Shown here piece after piece: positions 39,451-49,549 of a stretch of 64,000 nt of DNA. Below the pieces are notes generated by a model. The model had not been told where the DNA came from. It worked only from the letters and a program-made list of their open reading frames with translations, and did no database searches. Both the position numbers and the translations under genes were made by a program. Numbering within the stretch: the stretch's first letter is position 1; every line of letters begins with the position of its first letter. The stretch lies in the NCBI GenBank assembly GCA_000092065.1, contig CP000594.1; one strand, written 5' to 3'. Source of the DNA: Ostreococcus lucimarinus (lineage: Eukaryota).

Positions 39451-41610
39451 ATGGACGAGCGAGCGGCGCTGCTCTCGCGCGCGGTCGCGGACGCGGAGGA
39501 GCGGACGCGCGCGGAAACGCGCGGGCGCGCGCGCGCGCGAGGGAAAGATGGGAAAGTCTCGACGTCGCGATCGGACGACGACGACGACGCGGTGCTCGAA
39601 AGAAGCGCGGGACGGGGTCGACGGACGCGGGCGATGATGGTGACGATCGGACTGGCGTGCGCGGTGGGATTGGCGGCGCTCGGGGCGCGGACGCGCGGCG
39701 GAGACGGCGGACTTTTGGGCGGGCGCGGCGCGAGCGACGGCGCGGCGACGAAACGGGGCGAGCGCGGACGTTCGTCGCGCGCGAAGACTTCGACCGGGGG
39801 CGCGCGCGCGAGTGTGGATTTAACGGCGGAGACGGAGAGCCGGGAGGTTGTGCGCGTCGCGGGCGTGGAGGACTTCACGGCGAGCGATTCGCGATTGGCG
39901 GGTTACAGCAAGCTCGAGGTCGCGGACGCCATCAAGCACGCCGTGGAGTTTGTGAAGAAGGAGCAGTTGGAGGAAAAGCGACTTGAAGCGAAAACGTCGT
40001 CTGACGTGGGCGGGCTCGGCTCGGATGAGATCCCGGATGAGGATACCTGGGGCACGCCGATGCACCTGATGGCGAGACCGGGCGCGGCGAAGGACAGAGA
40101 CGCGCTCAAGGTGACGCTGAGCAAGCTGCTGACGACGCACGACGTTGAATTGGTGTCAAAGAACGTCAAAATCACCGCCAGTGTAAATCCGAAGAAATGG
40201 CCTGATGGCTTAGATCGCGCGGTGTACGCGCTCAAGTCGGTTTTTGAAATCCTCGGAGGCGACTACTTGCACCCGGATTTCTCCCTATTGAAAGGTTTGG
40301 ACTGGATCGAAGCGCCGAACTCGCGTGATTTAGACGGTAAGATCGCCGGTGCATGGGGCGCGCTCTCTAATCACGTCGGCACACTCTTCGGTCACATGTA
40401 CCAGTGGCAGCTCGCCAAGGATTCGATGAACAAGGCCACCATCATCGTCGACAGCGACGGCCTCGCGCCGACAAAGCTCGGGGTGCCGGTGTCGTCGTTC
40501 GGGGCCATCATAGACAACGTGCCGGCGGAGTACGATATCATCTTACTCAACACTTATCCCGATGTCGAGAACTCGCACACGGTCGCGGAATTTCCCGATC
40601 ACAGAGGGCACGACCTCAAGCTCACAACTTGGAAATCGCCCGGGCACACCGGCTTGAGCACTTACATAATCTCGTCGTCGTTCCCGGATAGAGTGTTCGC
40701 GTACGCCGCACAGAAGGGTGCGGGCTACTTAGACTCTTGGATTGTCGATGATTTGTGCACTCGTAAAGTATGCGATGACGATGGAGAAATTGTCGGCATG
40801 GGCGCAATCACGGCGAGCCAGCCTTTGCTGCGATGCTACCGAGCACACGGGGTCATTGAAACGCATCACGACAAGCAGAGCGACCAAGCGACGACTGTGA
40901 TCGCTGAGAACGTGGAAGCAAACACGACCACTGTGCTAGCGACTGGTAAGTTGGTTGGCGATCACAAACACGCGACGAAGGAAGACGACAAACCGGGCAA
41001 GGCCAAGGGGGTGTCTGACGACTCGCTCAAGAAAGTCATGGACGAGACTTTGGACGAAGACTCTGAGCGGCGTGCCAGTCAGAAGAAGTCTTCACACCAT
41101 GACAACGACTCCGATCATTCGTCGAAGGAGTCTTCGAACAAGGATTCCGACGCCGACGCGAAAAAATCAAAGCACGCGCATGTCCACGAAGCCGCTGCGC
41201 TCGAGGCGAGTCTCGGCGTGACGCCCTTTGCTCGCGAGTCTCACGCGACGAAGCCGACCGGGTTAACGAGCGATTTCATCTTCGATTCAATGCACGAGCT
41301 CAACGCTGAGCATGGATCTTTGATTCACAAGAAGTTTTCCTTGTTGCACAAGCATCAGCACGAGCGCGAGCGCGTTGAGGCGATGATAAAGCGTCTTCAT
41401 GACCTGAGGGCGTCGGGCAAGGAGGCGACAGCTCAGGACATCTTGAGCGCGGTACCGACGGAGGAAGAACCGATCGCGGAACCGATCGTAGAACCCATCG
41501 CCGTGGTGCCTCAGAGCGTGGTAGAGCCGGCGCGCAAAGAAGAATTCGAGGCGAAGAAGCCGGCGCCCGAGGCTGACGCAGAAGTCGGCAACTTTCTGAC
41601 GGGGCTCTGA
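39451..41610 (+). CDS. Hypothetical type II membrane protein with a signal anchor and a large lumenal/extracellular domain
   Basis: The single N-terminal hydrophobic segment MMVTIGLACAVGLAALGA comes after a charged leader. The 600-aa domain has diverse composition and an acidic/His-rich region (SSHHDNDSDHSSKESSNKDSDADAKKSKHAHVHE). No family recognised. Confidence 0.5.
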   Translation: MDERAALLSRAVADAEERTRAETRGRARARGKDGKVSTSRSDDDDDAVLERSAGRGRRTRAMMVTIGLACAVGLAALGARTRGGDGGLLGGRGASDGAATKRGERGRSSRAKTSTGGARASVDLTAETESREVVRVAGVEDFTASDSRLAGYSKLEVADAIKHAVEFVKKEQLEEKRLEAKTSSDVGGLGSDEIPDEDTWGTPMHLMARPGAAKDRDALKVTLSKLLTTHDVELVSKNVKITASVNPKKWPDGLDRAVYALKSVFEILGGDYLHPDFSLLKGLDWIEAPNSRDLDGKIAGAWGALSNHVGTLFGHMYQWQLAKDSMNKATIIVDSDGLAPTKLGVPVSSFGAIIDNVPAEYDIILLNTYPDVENSHTVAEFPDHRGHDLKLTTWKSPGHTGLSTYIISSSFPDRVFAYAAQKGAGYLDSWIVDDLCTRKVCDDDGEIVGMGAITASQPLLRCYRAHGVIETHHDKQSDQATTVIAENVEANTTTVLATGKLVGDHKHATKEDDKPGKAKGVSDDSLKKVMDETLDEDSERRASQKKSSHHDNDSDHSSKESSNKDSDADAKKSKHAHVHEAAALEASLGVTPFARESHATKPTGLTSDFIFDSMHELNAEHGSLIHKKFSLLHKHQHERERVEAMIKRLHDLRASGKEATAQDILSAVPTEEEPIAEPIVEPIAVVPQSVVEPARKEEFEAKKPAPEADAEVGNFLTGL

Positions 41611-41783
41611 TCTAGCGTAAACAAAATTTTAATGAGCGAAATGTAGCGAAATAATAGGAATTACTGAATGTTTGGTCGCGGTGAGGTCATTACAACCGCG
41701 TGACGCGTCACAAAGTGACGCATCTCGCGACAAACGAAGACTATATGGTGTCTACGCGTCGGTGACGTGAAACACGACAACGC

Positions 41784-43028
41784 TTACGCGGCCGCACGAA
41801 GAGCTTCGAGCTTGGCCTTGAGGTTGGCCTTCTTCTCTTCGTACGTGAGCTTCGGAAGCTTGAACAGACGCCCAGCGTCCGCCGGCTTCACGCGTTCCTT
41901 CTTCTCGTGGACGGGGTCTTCGCGAATGGCATCGAGGACGTCCTCCATGGCGTCTTCGAGCTCAGTCGGGTCGAAGTCCGCGGCCAAGTACTTGGCAAAC
42001 TGCTGTTCGAACTTTTCCGGTTCCTCCTCTTGCAGCTCTTCCGCGTACTCGGCGACAACACCACCCTTGATGTATCGCTCGAGAGTGTCCGGATCGTGGG
42101 ACTTGTCTTGGAGATCGTACCCAGCGAATCGCTTTTCGTTGTGCGGAATGTCCAACCCGCCGTCCACCGCACCCTTGAGCGCAGCGAACACTCGCGCGCC
42201 GGTCGACGTTCGCACCAAACCGGTGTCCAAGAAGCACTTGAACGGGCGCGCTTCCTCATCACCTTGTTCAACGTGGTAATCCTCCCCGAGGTCCTCCGTC
42301 TTACCCTCGTACGCATCCGCCAAGCCGTACTTCGTCAACAGTCGTCGCGCGCACAGCAACCCGGTCGCGTACGTCGCGGCGTAGTTCGTCAAACCCGCCT
42401 TCATCCCGTACTTCGGCAACTCGTGCGAGTACGCGGACGCGATGCACACGTCACCCGCGAGCGTGGCGTAGACAACTTGGCAAATCACATCGCGGTTCGT
42501 AAAGCGCACGACGAATCGGTACTTCGGCGAGTTGTACTTGTTCTTGTCCTGCGTGATCAAGCGCTGACGAGCGTAGTAATCCGTCTTGCCTGCGAGCGCG
42601 AAAACGTCCCGCGTCCAGCGCGAGCGCGTGATTTAAATCGTCAGTCCACACTCTGCGCGCTCGCACGCCCGCGCGCGCGTCGCGCGCGCGCTCGTTCGCG
42701 CCCGCGCGCGCGGTGCCGAAAAACCCTCGAGCGCGCCACCGCGCGGACATCGATGCGCCCCACGTCGCCGCGCCGCGCGCGCGCGCGATCGCACGCGTTC
42801 GAAACGAAGCATACGAATCATCCGCATCGAACGACGCGATCGACGCCGTCTCGACGGCGTCGACGCGTCGGTCGCGGCGCGATGATCGTCGCGCGATCGA
42901 GAAAGCCCTAAACGCGATGCCGAAGACGTACCAGCGCGGCGACGCGCGAACTTGACTTGGAAGCGCGAGAAGTACGCGTTGGTCTTCGCCACGGATTGGG
43001 ACTTGCGTTTGACTTTTCTGCGACCCAT
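41784..43028 (-). CDS. RPL5: 60S ribosomal protein L5 (uL18), two exons
   Basis: Exon 2 (42589..41784) encodes ...GKTDYYARQRLITQDKNKYNSPKYRFVVRFTNRDVICQ... to the C-terminus. Exon 1 (43028..42932) encodes MGRRKVKRKSQSVAKTNAYFSRFQVKFARRRA. The donor is G|GTACGT and the acceptor ...CTGAC...CGCAG|GC. Together they are 903 nt, giving 300 aa, and they restore the conserved FRRRREGKTDYYAR junction. Confidence 0.85.
42590..42931 (-). other. Intron of RPL5 (342 nt, GT-AG)
   Basis: GTACGT donor, CTGAC branch ~50 nt upstream of the CAG acceptor. It contains GTTTAGGGC (a telomere-repeat-like unit) about 20 nt downstream of the donor. Confidence 0.8.
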
Positions 43029-43504
43029 GGTTGCGTCGTGTGACACGCGAGGCGCGCGCGTCGAAAAGACGGAGCGCGACGGGCGGGGCGTGGCATCGTG
43101 CGCGCGAGGATGGTGTGGTCCGTGTTTGTAGTTTACGATTTTGTTCCAAAGGCGTACTGCTACAGGCGCTCGCGCACGACGACGGGCACCGTTCGCTCGC
43201 CCACGGGTTCGCCGCGAATGAAGAGCGGAATGTCGTACTCGCCGAAATCTACGATCGGGCGCTCGAGCATGAGCGCGCCAGGGGTAAGATTGAGGGATTT
43301 CTGACGTCGAATCTGGAGAGAGACGAAGGCGCGGCGGTGAGTCTTCGCGAGGGTAGAAATCAAACAAACGCCGGGTGTCGGCGGTGCTCGACGGTCGTCG
43401 TCGTCGGTGTCGTCGTCGCGTCAGAATAATGTCTCCTCACGGGTTATAGGCATGAATCCGTCCATTCAGACGGAGGCGCGATGCTATCAGGTGACAATTT
43501 CTCT

Positions 43505-43765
43505 TCACTCGCGAACGAAGACGAGACGAGACGAGATGAGAATCGAATCGACGGAGCGCGCGTCAGTCGAATCACGCACCTCTTCAACGATATTTTCCCG
43601 CGTCACCGCGATGCGAGGTTTCCCAGTTTTCTTGTCCTTAATTCTTCTAAAAGCGATCGCCGGTTCCGCGGTGAGCATCTTCATCACCGTGGCGCGTTCC
43701 TGCGAGTACGTACGATCGTCGTCGGCGTCAGTCCTAGCGCCATTGGCGTTTTGATTCATCGTCAT
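43505..43765 (-). CDS. Small hypothetical ORF of 86 aa, possibly an exon of a spliced gene
   Basis: Moderate-GC, basic region AIAFRRIKDKKTGKPRIAVTRENIVEEV. I cannot assign it to a family. Confidence 0.25.
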   Translation of the reverse strand: MTMNQNANGARTDADDDRTYSQERATVMKMLTAEPAIAFRRIKDKKTGKPRIAVTRENIVEEVRDSTDARSVDSILISSRLVFVRE

Positions 43766-43945
43766 GATTGACGACGTGCGACGTTCGCGCGCCAGATACT
43801 TTGCTCAGACAGCCAAGGGAAACGTTTTGTAAACACCGGAGCCGAAACTCGAATCTTCAGAAACTCTAGTCCGTAGAAAGTTCCAGTCATCATCGCAGGC
43901 GTATCAAATGCCTCGACTTCGTCAGCGTCGTCATCACGGCGACGG

Positions 43946-44455
43946 CTACTCGATCATTTCTCCCATCGCGTCGCTACGTACCTTGCGTTTGTGTTCCTCC
44001 TCTTGCGCCGTCGCCGCGGCTTCGTCTCCGTCCTCCCCCCCCGCCTCGATTCGCGCCCTCTCCCGCGCCGCCAACCGCTCGCGCGCCGCCGCTAACTTCT
44101 CCGCATTCACATACGTCGCCAACTTCCCCGGCACGAGATGATTCCTCGCCCGTCCCGGCCGCACGTGCGCGACCTCGTCGACGTCGCCGAGCCCGCTCAC
44201 CGGCGCCCTCAGAATCACCTCCACCCTCCGGTTCGCCTTCTTCCACCACCGCCGCTCGACGCGCATCGACGCCGGCATCACCCCAGCCTCCCCCACGCGC
44301 GCGCTCGCGCTCGACGCGATCGACAGCGCGCGCGCGCGCCCCGGCACCGTCGAACCTCCCGTCGGCGCGCGCGCCTCCACCGCGCGCTCGCCGAGCGCCC
44401 GCGCGAGCGCGCGCGTCGCGCGTCGCGTCGCGTCGCGCGCGCGCGGTCCCCACAT
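43946..44455 (-). CDS. Organelle-targeted bacterial-type ribosomal protein L9 (bL9), N-terminal domain
   Basis: VEVILRAPVSGLGDVDEVAHVRPGRARNHLVPGKLATYVNAEKLAAARERLAARERARIEAG aligns with the bacterial L9 N-domain (MQVILL.KV..LG..GD.V.VK.GYARNFL.P.GKA..AT..N...FE.RR.E.E.K). It is preceded by a transit-peptide-like leader. The start may be 44455 or the ATG at 44278. Confidence 0.6.
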   Translation of the reverse strand: MWGPRARDATRRATRALARALGERAVEARAPTGGSTVPGRARALSIASSASARVGEAGVMPASMRVERRWWKKANRRVEVILRAPVSGLGDVDEVAHVRPGRARNHLVPGKLATYVNAEKLAAARERLAARERARIEAGGEDGDEAAATAQEEEHKRKVRSDAMGEMIE

Positions 44456-44714
44456 CGCGCGTCACGCGTTCGTCGCGCGCGCCGTCGCCGTCGCGCGCGC
44501 CGTCGTCGTCGCGCTCTGCCGCCGCGCGCGCCGATCGACCCACCGATCGATTCGTTTTCAATCGAACCTCGAGCGAGGTTCGCTCGCGCGCGCTCGATCG
44601 ACGATCGTCGATCGACTCCGGGGCGTCGAACGCGGCCTCGCGGGGGCAGAGCGCGACGACGCCGCGCGCGCGATCCGTCTCTTTGCGACGCGCGAAAGCC
44701 GACGCTCTTTCGAG

Positions 44715-45596
44715 ATGCCGACGAGGTGCGGGCGATGAAACGGCGAGCGATGCGATGCGTTCGATCGGGCGCGACGTCGCGGCGCGCGCGCGGTCGCGCG
44801 CGCGACGGGAGGGGCGAACGCGGCGTGGGACGCGATGGCGAGCCCTAGCGATCGGTGTGCGGCGTGGACGCGCCCGGGCGAGCGGCGCGAACGCGCGCGG
44901 GCGCTCGCGCGCGCGCGGTTGGGCGTGCGGGATTGCGATGCGTCGTTTCGAGGCGCGCGCGGGCGGGCGTGCGGGGGAGACGCGCGCGTTCGACGCGCGC
45001 GTTCGGCGCGTTCGGAGGCTTTAGGGTTTTTAGGAGGACTCGACGCGGGACGCGTCGCGGAGCGCGCGGCGCGGTGGTTCGCGCGATGGCGCGAGAGCGA
45101 TGGAAAAACTTCGGAGAATCGTCGACTGACCGAGGACGTGTGTTTGTTTGCGCGCGCGATTAGGTTGCATAAGAACCGCAAGAAGCGCGGGCACGTGTCC
45201 GCGGGTCACGGCCGTATCGGTAAGCACCGCAAGCACCCGGCGGGTCGCGGTATGGCGGGTGGTCAACACCATCACAGAATTATGATGGATAAGTATCACC
45301 CGGGTTACTTCGGTAAGGTTGGTATGCGTCACTTCCACAAGCTCAAGAACCACTACCACTGCCCGACCATCAACATTGACAAGCTTTGGACGCTCGTCGG
45401 CGAGGAGAAGCGTGAGGAGTGCGCCAAGAACACGTCTCAAGCGCCGGTGATTGATCTCACTGATCACGGTATCTTCAAGCTTCTCGGTAAGGGTCAACTC
45501 CCGAGCCAACCGGTCGTGGTGAAGTGCCGTTACATTAGCAAACTCGCCGAAAAGAAGATCAAGGATGTCGGCGGCGCGTGCATTCTCACCGCGTAA
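44715..45596 (+). CDS. RPL27A: 60S ribosomal protein L27a (uL15), with an 11-nt first micro-exon
   Basis: Exon 2 (45164..45596) encodes (R)[58 protein letters not shown]... to the stop codon. The missing Met-Pro-Thr-Arg N-terminus is supplied by ATGCCGACGAG|GTGCGG at 44715..44725. The intron (44726..45163) ends ...CTGACCGAGGACGTGTGTTTGTTTGCGCGCGCGATTAG|G. The spliced product is [14 protein letters not shown]..., 147 aa. Confidence 0.75.
45016..45034. promoter_or_regulatory. Telo-box-like element (AAACCCTAA on the minus strand; GGCTTTAGGGTTTTTAGG on the plus strand) inside RPL27a intron 1
   Basis: Sequence ctttagggtttttagg. The plant telo-box AAACCCTA is a known cis-element of ribosomal-protein and translation-apparatus genes. 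Coordinates are approximate. Confidence 0.5.
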
Positions 45597-45759
45597 AGGG
45601 CGTCTCTCGAATTCGGGTTCGTCTTCTGGGTAGTCTGGGATTAGTACCGCGCGTTGTTATGAGTAACATTCATCTCACGCGTTCATCAACCTAACCACAT
45701 CCATCGAGCACGACTCCGCCCGCCTCACTCGTCGCCGCGCCGCGGAATATTCACTTCAA

Positions 45760-46356
45760 ATGTACCACGTCCTCATCGCCGCTTTCGCCACCTGCGTCGC
45801 GTGCGAGCTCTTCGAGACCGAGAAAATCTACGCCACCGATGATTACGCGATCGCCAAGCGTCGCATCGAGCTCGCGCGCGAGCGCATCGCCGTCGCCGAG
45901 GCTCAAGTTCGCGAAAAAGGCGAACGGAAGAGCGCGCGTTTGGAGCAAGCGCAAGTCGCGCTCGTGCACGCCGAGCAAAAGATGAAACAGATGTGCATGG
46001 CCACGGGACGGACGTTCATGATCGTTACGTTCATCGGCGCCACGGCGGTCAGATGGTACTACTCGTACGCCGAACAAAAGACTGGGTTGCGACTGCCGTT
46101 CGCCGCGCCGATGCGCTGGGCGCTCGGAACTGGCGAAGACGAACGCGATTTAAATCCCACCGCGGCGTATTTCATCGTGACGTATCTCTGGCGCGTGGTG
46201 TTCGGGGATGTGCTGGGGCGTAAGACGAGACAGATCGAGGCGTATTGGAGCACAAAGGACACGGAACGTTACATGGCCGCGCATCGACAAACCTTCAACT
46301 CGTTGACTCGCGACTCTACGATGGCGGTGGCGCCAAAGGTGAAGAAAATGCGATGA
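45760..46356 (+). CDS. TMCO1: TMCO1-like protein (DUF106 / Oxa1-superfamily ER membrane protein)
   Basis: Collinear with TMCO1: an N-terminal TM, a coiled-coil KR-rich segment, then MCMATGRTFMIVTFIGA...LPFAAPMRWALGTGEDERDLNPTAAYFIVTYLWRVVFGDVLG, which matches LPFTPLSYIQGLSHRNLLGDDTTDCSFIFLYILCTMSIRQNIQKILG. Confidence 0.65.
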   Translation: MYHVLIAAFATCVACELFETEKIYATDDYAIAKRRIELARERIAVAEAQVREKGERKSARLEQAQVALVHAEQKMKQMCMATGRTFMIVTFIGATAVRWYYSYAEQKTGLRLPFAAPMRWALGTGEDERDLNPTAAYFIVTYLWRVVFGDVLGRKTRQIEAYWSTKDTERYMAAHRQTFNSLTRDSTMAVAPKVKKMR

Positions 46357-46446
46357 TCACGAACGCGTGTGATAGATTAGTAGATAGTTTTGTAGCCAGT
46401 TGAGCGCTTATTATTACATACGGCTTGGGAAAGGGGGAACAAATTA

Positions 46447-48384
46447 TCAATCCTTGTCGAAGGAGGAGCTCACGGAGATTTCGCGTGAATCGTACTGGTC
46501 CAAATCGTCCGTGGGGTCGGCTTGAAGCAAGCTCGCGAATTCGTCCATGTCGATTTTACCGTTACCATCGATATCAGCCTCACGGATACACGCCTTGACG
46601 ATGGCGGCGCGAACTGAATCGTTTGATTCGCTTGACTCTTCGAAAATCAATTGCGCCACTTCCTCGGCGTCAATTTGACCGCTATTGTCCTTGTCGAGAA
46701 TGTTGAACGCACGCTCGACCCACTTGGGGTACTCACTCGTCTGTTCAATCTTTTCCCAATCCAACAGCGCGGCGATGAATTCGTTGACATCAATCAAACC
46801 GTCGCCAGACGTGTCCAACGAACCTAAGAGCTGCTTGCTCTCTCGCCCTGTGACGTCGTATCCAATCTCCCTCAACCCCACCTCGAGCTCGCCGAGCTCG
46901 ACCATGTTATCACCTGAAGTGTCCAACTTCGCGAACAATGCTTTCAAGGTCTCGATGTCCGCATCTCGGGCTTGGGACAACGTCTTGATGTCGTCTTCGT
47001 CCTCGCTCAAGAGTTCTCGGGCGATGAGCCTGAGCACCGAACGCTTGAGCAAACCTTGAGTGGCGAAACGCTGCAGTCGAGCGACGACTTGACCGTCCAA
47101 CGCGGAATCCTGCCCCTTTGCTGCCTTTGCCTTCCAACTCGCCGACGTCTGCGTGAGCCAGGGGTGAAGGAGCGCAGCGCGAGCTATCGGTCGGGCTTCA
47201 GGATCGCGATCGAGTAGTTTGCGCACAAAATCCTTCGCCTCGTCGCTCACTTGGGACCAGGGATCGGACTCGAGGTCAACTTCGTCCTCAAGAATAGCCC
47301 TAAACACTTCCTTGGCGTTCGGTCGAGCGTTGACTTTATCGATGAAAGGCAGACGCCCGCTCAAAAGTTGATAGGCGACGACGCCGGCGGACCACACATC
47401 GGCTTGACTGCCGTAGTTGCGTTCAATCACCTCGGGTGCCATGTAGCTCGGCGTTCCACATCGGCGCGCGAGCACTTCTCCTTTGGGGGGCAATTTACCC
47501 GCCAAACCGAAATCCGTGGCTTTGAGAGGCGAGTCGTCATCTTCGGTTTGGAACAAAAAGTTATCCGGTTTGATGTCGCGATAGATAATCCCCCGACTGT
47601 GGCATTGCACCGCCGTCCGCAGCACGCTCTTCACCAATTGCGCCGCCTTTTGCTCGCGATAATCATTAGAATCGTTCATAGAGATGCGATCGAGCAACTC
47701 TCCGCCCGAGCACAACTCCATGAGAAGATGTACGCACTCGTCGTCTTCAAACGCGTCGTAAAGGTACACCACGCTCAACGAAGCTCCGATGGTTTGCATC
47801 ACCTCCACCTCGTTCCTCAGCTTGCCGTGATAATACTGCACCGCCGCTTTCGATGCCGGCGCAGTCTTCCACGGCGCCTTCTTCAGCGTCTTCAACGCGA
47901 ACGCCTCCCCGGTTTTCTTGCTCGTCGCCTTGCGCACGACGCCGTACGACCCCGCCCCCAGCGGCTCCTCATCCAAGCTCGGCACGTCGTACAGCTCGTG
48001 CAGATCCCTACGAAACCCAAAATCTGGTTTTAACTCTTCATTCGTGAAATCATCGAACGGACTATCGATCGTATCCGCCACCTTCGGCGCCGGTCGTCTT
48101 CGCTCGCTCGGCGTCGCGCTCTTCTTCTTCTTCCCGCCCGCGCTCGCCTTCCCCTTCGACCCTTTATCGTCATTCTTCGCCAACCAATCGCTCAGAAACC
48201 CTCGTCGCACGACCTCTACCCCTCGTCGCGCGTCCGCGTCGCGTCGCGCGAGCCGCGTCGCCGCCGTCGACCGACCGCGCGCTTTATCTTCCCTTTTCCA
48301 ACTTCCACCCCTCGCGATCGCGCGCGCGACCGCCGACGCCCGCGTCGTCGTCGCGCACCGCGTCGTCGTCATCTCGCACGACAT
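46447..48384 (-). CDS. CDPK: Calcium-dependent protein kinase (CDPK): Ser/Thr kinase domain plus four EF-hands
   Basis: Kinase subdomains (GAGSYGVVRKATSKKTGEAFALKTLKK, HSRGIIYRDIKPDNFLF, DFGLA, GTPSYMAPE). An autoinhibitory junction is followed by four EF-hand loops (DTSGDNMVELGEL, DTSGDGLIDVNEF, DKDNSGQIDAEE, DIDGNGKIDMDEF). The N-terminal start is uncertain. Confidence 0.85.
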   Translation of the reverse strand: MSCEMTTTRCATTTRASAVARAIARGGSWKREDKARGRSTAATRLARRDADARRGVEVVRRGFLSDWLAKNDDKGSKGKASAGGKKKKSATPSERRRPAPKVADTIDSPFDDFTNEELKPDFGFRRDLHELYDVPSLDEEPLGAGSYGVVRKATSKKTGEAFALKTLKKAPWKTAPASKAAVQYYHGKLRNEVEVMQTIGASLSVVYLYDAFEDDECVHLLMELCSGGELLDRISMNDSNDYREQKAAQLVKSVLRTAVQCHSRGIIYRDIKPDNFLFQTEDDDSPLKATDFGLAGKLPPKGEVLARRCGTPSYMAPEVIERNYGSQADVWSAGVVAYQLLSGRLPFIDKVNARPNAKEVFRAILEDEVDLESDPWSQVSDEAKDFVRKLLDRDPEARPIARAALLHPWLTQTSASWKAKAAKGQDSALDGQVVARLQRFATQGLLKRSVLRLIARELLSEDEDDIKTLSQARDADIETLKALFAKLDTSGDNMVELGELEVGLREIGYDVTGRESKQLLGSLDTSGDGLIDVNEFIAALLDWEKIEQTSEYPKWVERAFNILDKDNSGQIDAEEVAQLIFEESSESNDSVRAAIVKACIREADIDGNGKIDMDEFASLLQADPTDDLDQYDSREISVSSSFDKD

Positions 48385-48508
48385 TCGCGGCCGTCCGAGC
48401 TCGCGCTTCGCCCGCCGCGCGTCGCGCTTTCGCGTTTTCGTCGATTTCGCGCGTCGTCCCGATCGCGCGGTCGGTCGACGTCATCACATCGCGTCGTCGC
48501 GCGCCGCC

Positions 48509-49411
48509 ATGGGCGCGTCGCACAGCGCCGAAGCGGCGATCATCGACGGTAAGACGATCGCGTCGACGATTCGCGCGGAGATCAAGGGCGAAGTCGACGC
48601 GCTGCGCGCGAAGCACGGTAAAGTTCCGGGACTCGCGGTGGTCATCGTGGGCGATCGCAAGGACTCGCAGACGTACGTCCGCATGAAGCGCAAGGCGTGC
48701 GAAGAGGCGGGCATCGAGAGCTTTCACGCCGAACTCCCGGCGAGCGCGAGCGAGGCGGAGGTGCTGGCGACGGTGCGGAAGTTTAACGCGGACGCGCGCG
48801 TGCACGGGATACTGGTGCAGCTGCCGCTGCCGAAAGGGATGAACGAGGAGCGCGTCCTGGCGGAGATATCGCTCGAGAAAGACGTCGACGGGTTTCATCC
48901 GGAGAATATCGGGAAGCTGGCGATGAAGGGACACGAACCGCTGTTTGCGCCGTGCACGCCGAAGGGGTGCGTGGAGCTGCTGAAGCGAAACGGGACGGTG
49001 TTATCCGGAAAGAACGCCGTCGTCGTCGGACGATCAAACATCGTCGGCATGCCGGCGGCGATGCTTTTGATGAAGGAAGATTGTACCGTAACCGTGGTGC
49101 ACTCTAAGACGCGGGATCCGAAGAGAATCTGCCGCGAAGCCGACGTCATCGTCGCGGCGTGCGGGAGCGCGGAGATGGTGAAGAAGGATTGGGTGAAGAA
49201 GGGCGCCGTCATCATCGACGTCGGTACGAACAGCGTGGACGATAAGACCAAAAAGGCTGGCTATCGCTTGGTCGGCGACGTCGACTTTGCCGAGGTTAAG
49301 AAGGTGGCGAGCGCCATCACGCCCGTGCCGGGCGGCGTCGGTCCCATGACCATCGCGATGCTTCTCTCCAACTGCCTGGATTCTGGCAAGCGAGCCATCG
49401 CCAAGGCGTAA
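48509..49411 (+). CDS. FOLD: Bifunctional methylenetetrahydrofolate dehydrogenase/cyclohydrolase (FolD/MTHFD)
   Basis: 300 aa from the ATG at 48509 (IDGKTIASTIRAEIK...VIVGDRKDSQTYVRMKRKACEEAGI...HGILVQLPLP...GFHPENIGKL...PCTPKGCVELL...VVGRSNIVGMP...VPGGVGPMTIAMLL). The upstream part of the 497-aa ORF is antisense filler. Confidence 0.9.
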   Translation: MGASHSAEAAIIDGKTIASTIRAEIKGEVDALRAKHGKVPGLAVVIVGDRKDSQTYVRMKRKACEEAGIESFHAELPASASEAEVLATVRKFNADARVHGILVQLPLPKGMNEERVLAEISLEKDVDGFHPENIGKLAMKGHEPLFAPCTPKGCVELLKRNGTVLSGKNAVVVGRSNIVGMPAAMLLMKEDCTVTVVHSKTRDPKRICREADVIVAACGSAEMVKKDWVKKGAVIIDVGTNSVDDKTKKAGYRLVGDVDFAEVKKVASAITPVPGGVGPMTIAMLLSNCLDSGKRAIAKA

Positions 49412-49549
49412 TCTCATCTTTCGCTCGTCCATGGGTCCTCTATTTTTAATACGTATCGTCGTTGAATTCATTCTTCACTCTCGTTCGTCCCCGCGTCCCG
49501 AAGTTCAAACGCCGACCAGCTGTCGCCAGTCATCGCCGCGCCCTTCGCC

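Noticed and set aside
45138-45163. A 26-nt GT...AG segment just upstream of RPL27a exon 2 as a possible mini-intron
   Set aside because: Splicing it leaves the frame closed (stop codon). It also fails to recover the conserved MPTR N-terminus, which the 44715 micro-exon model explains.
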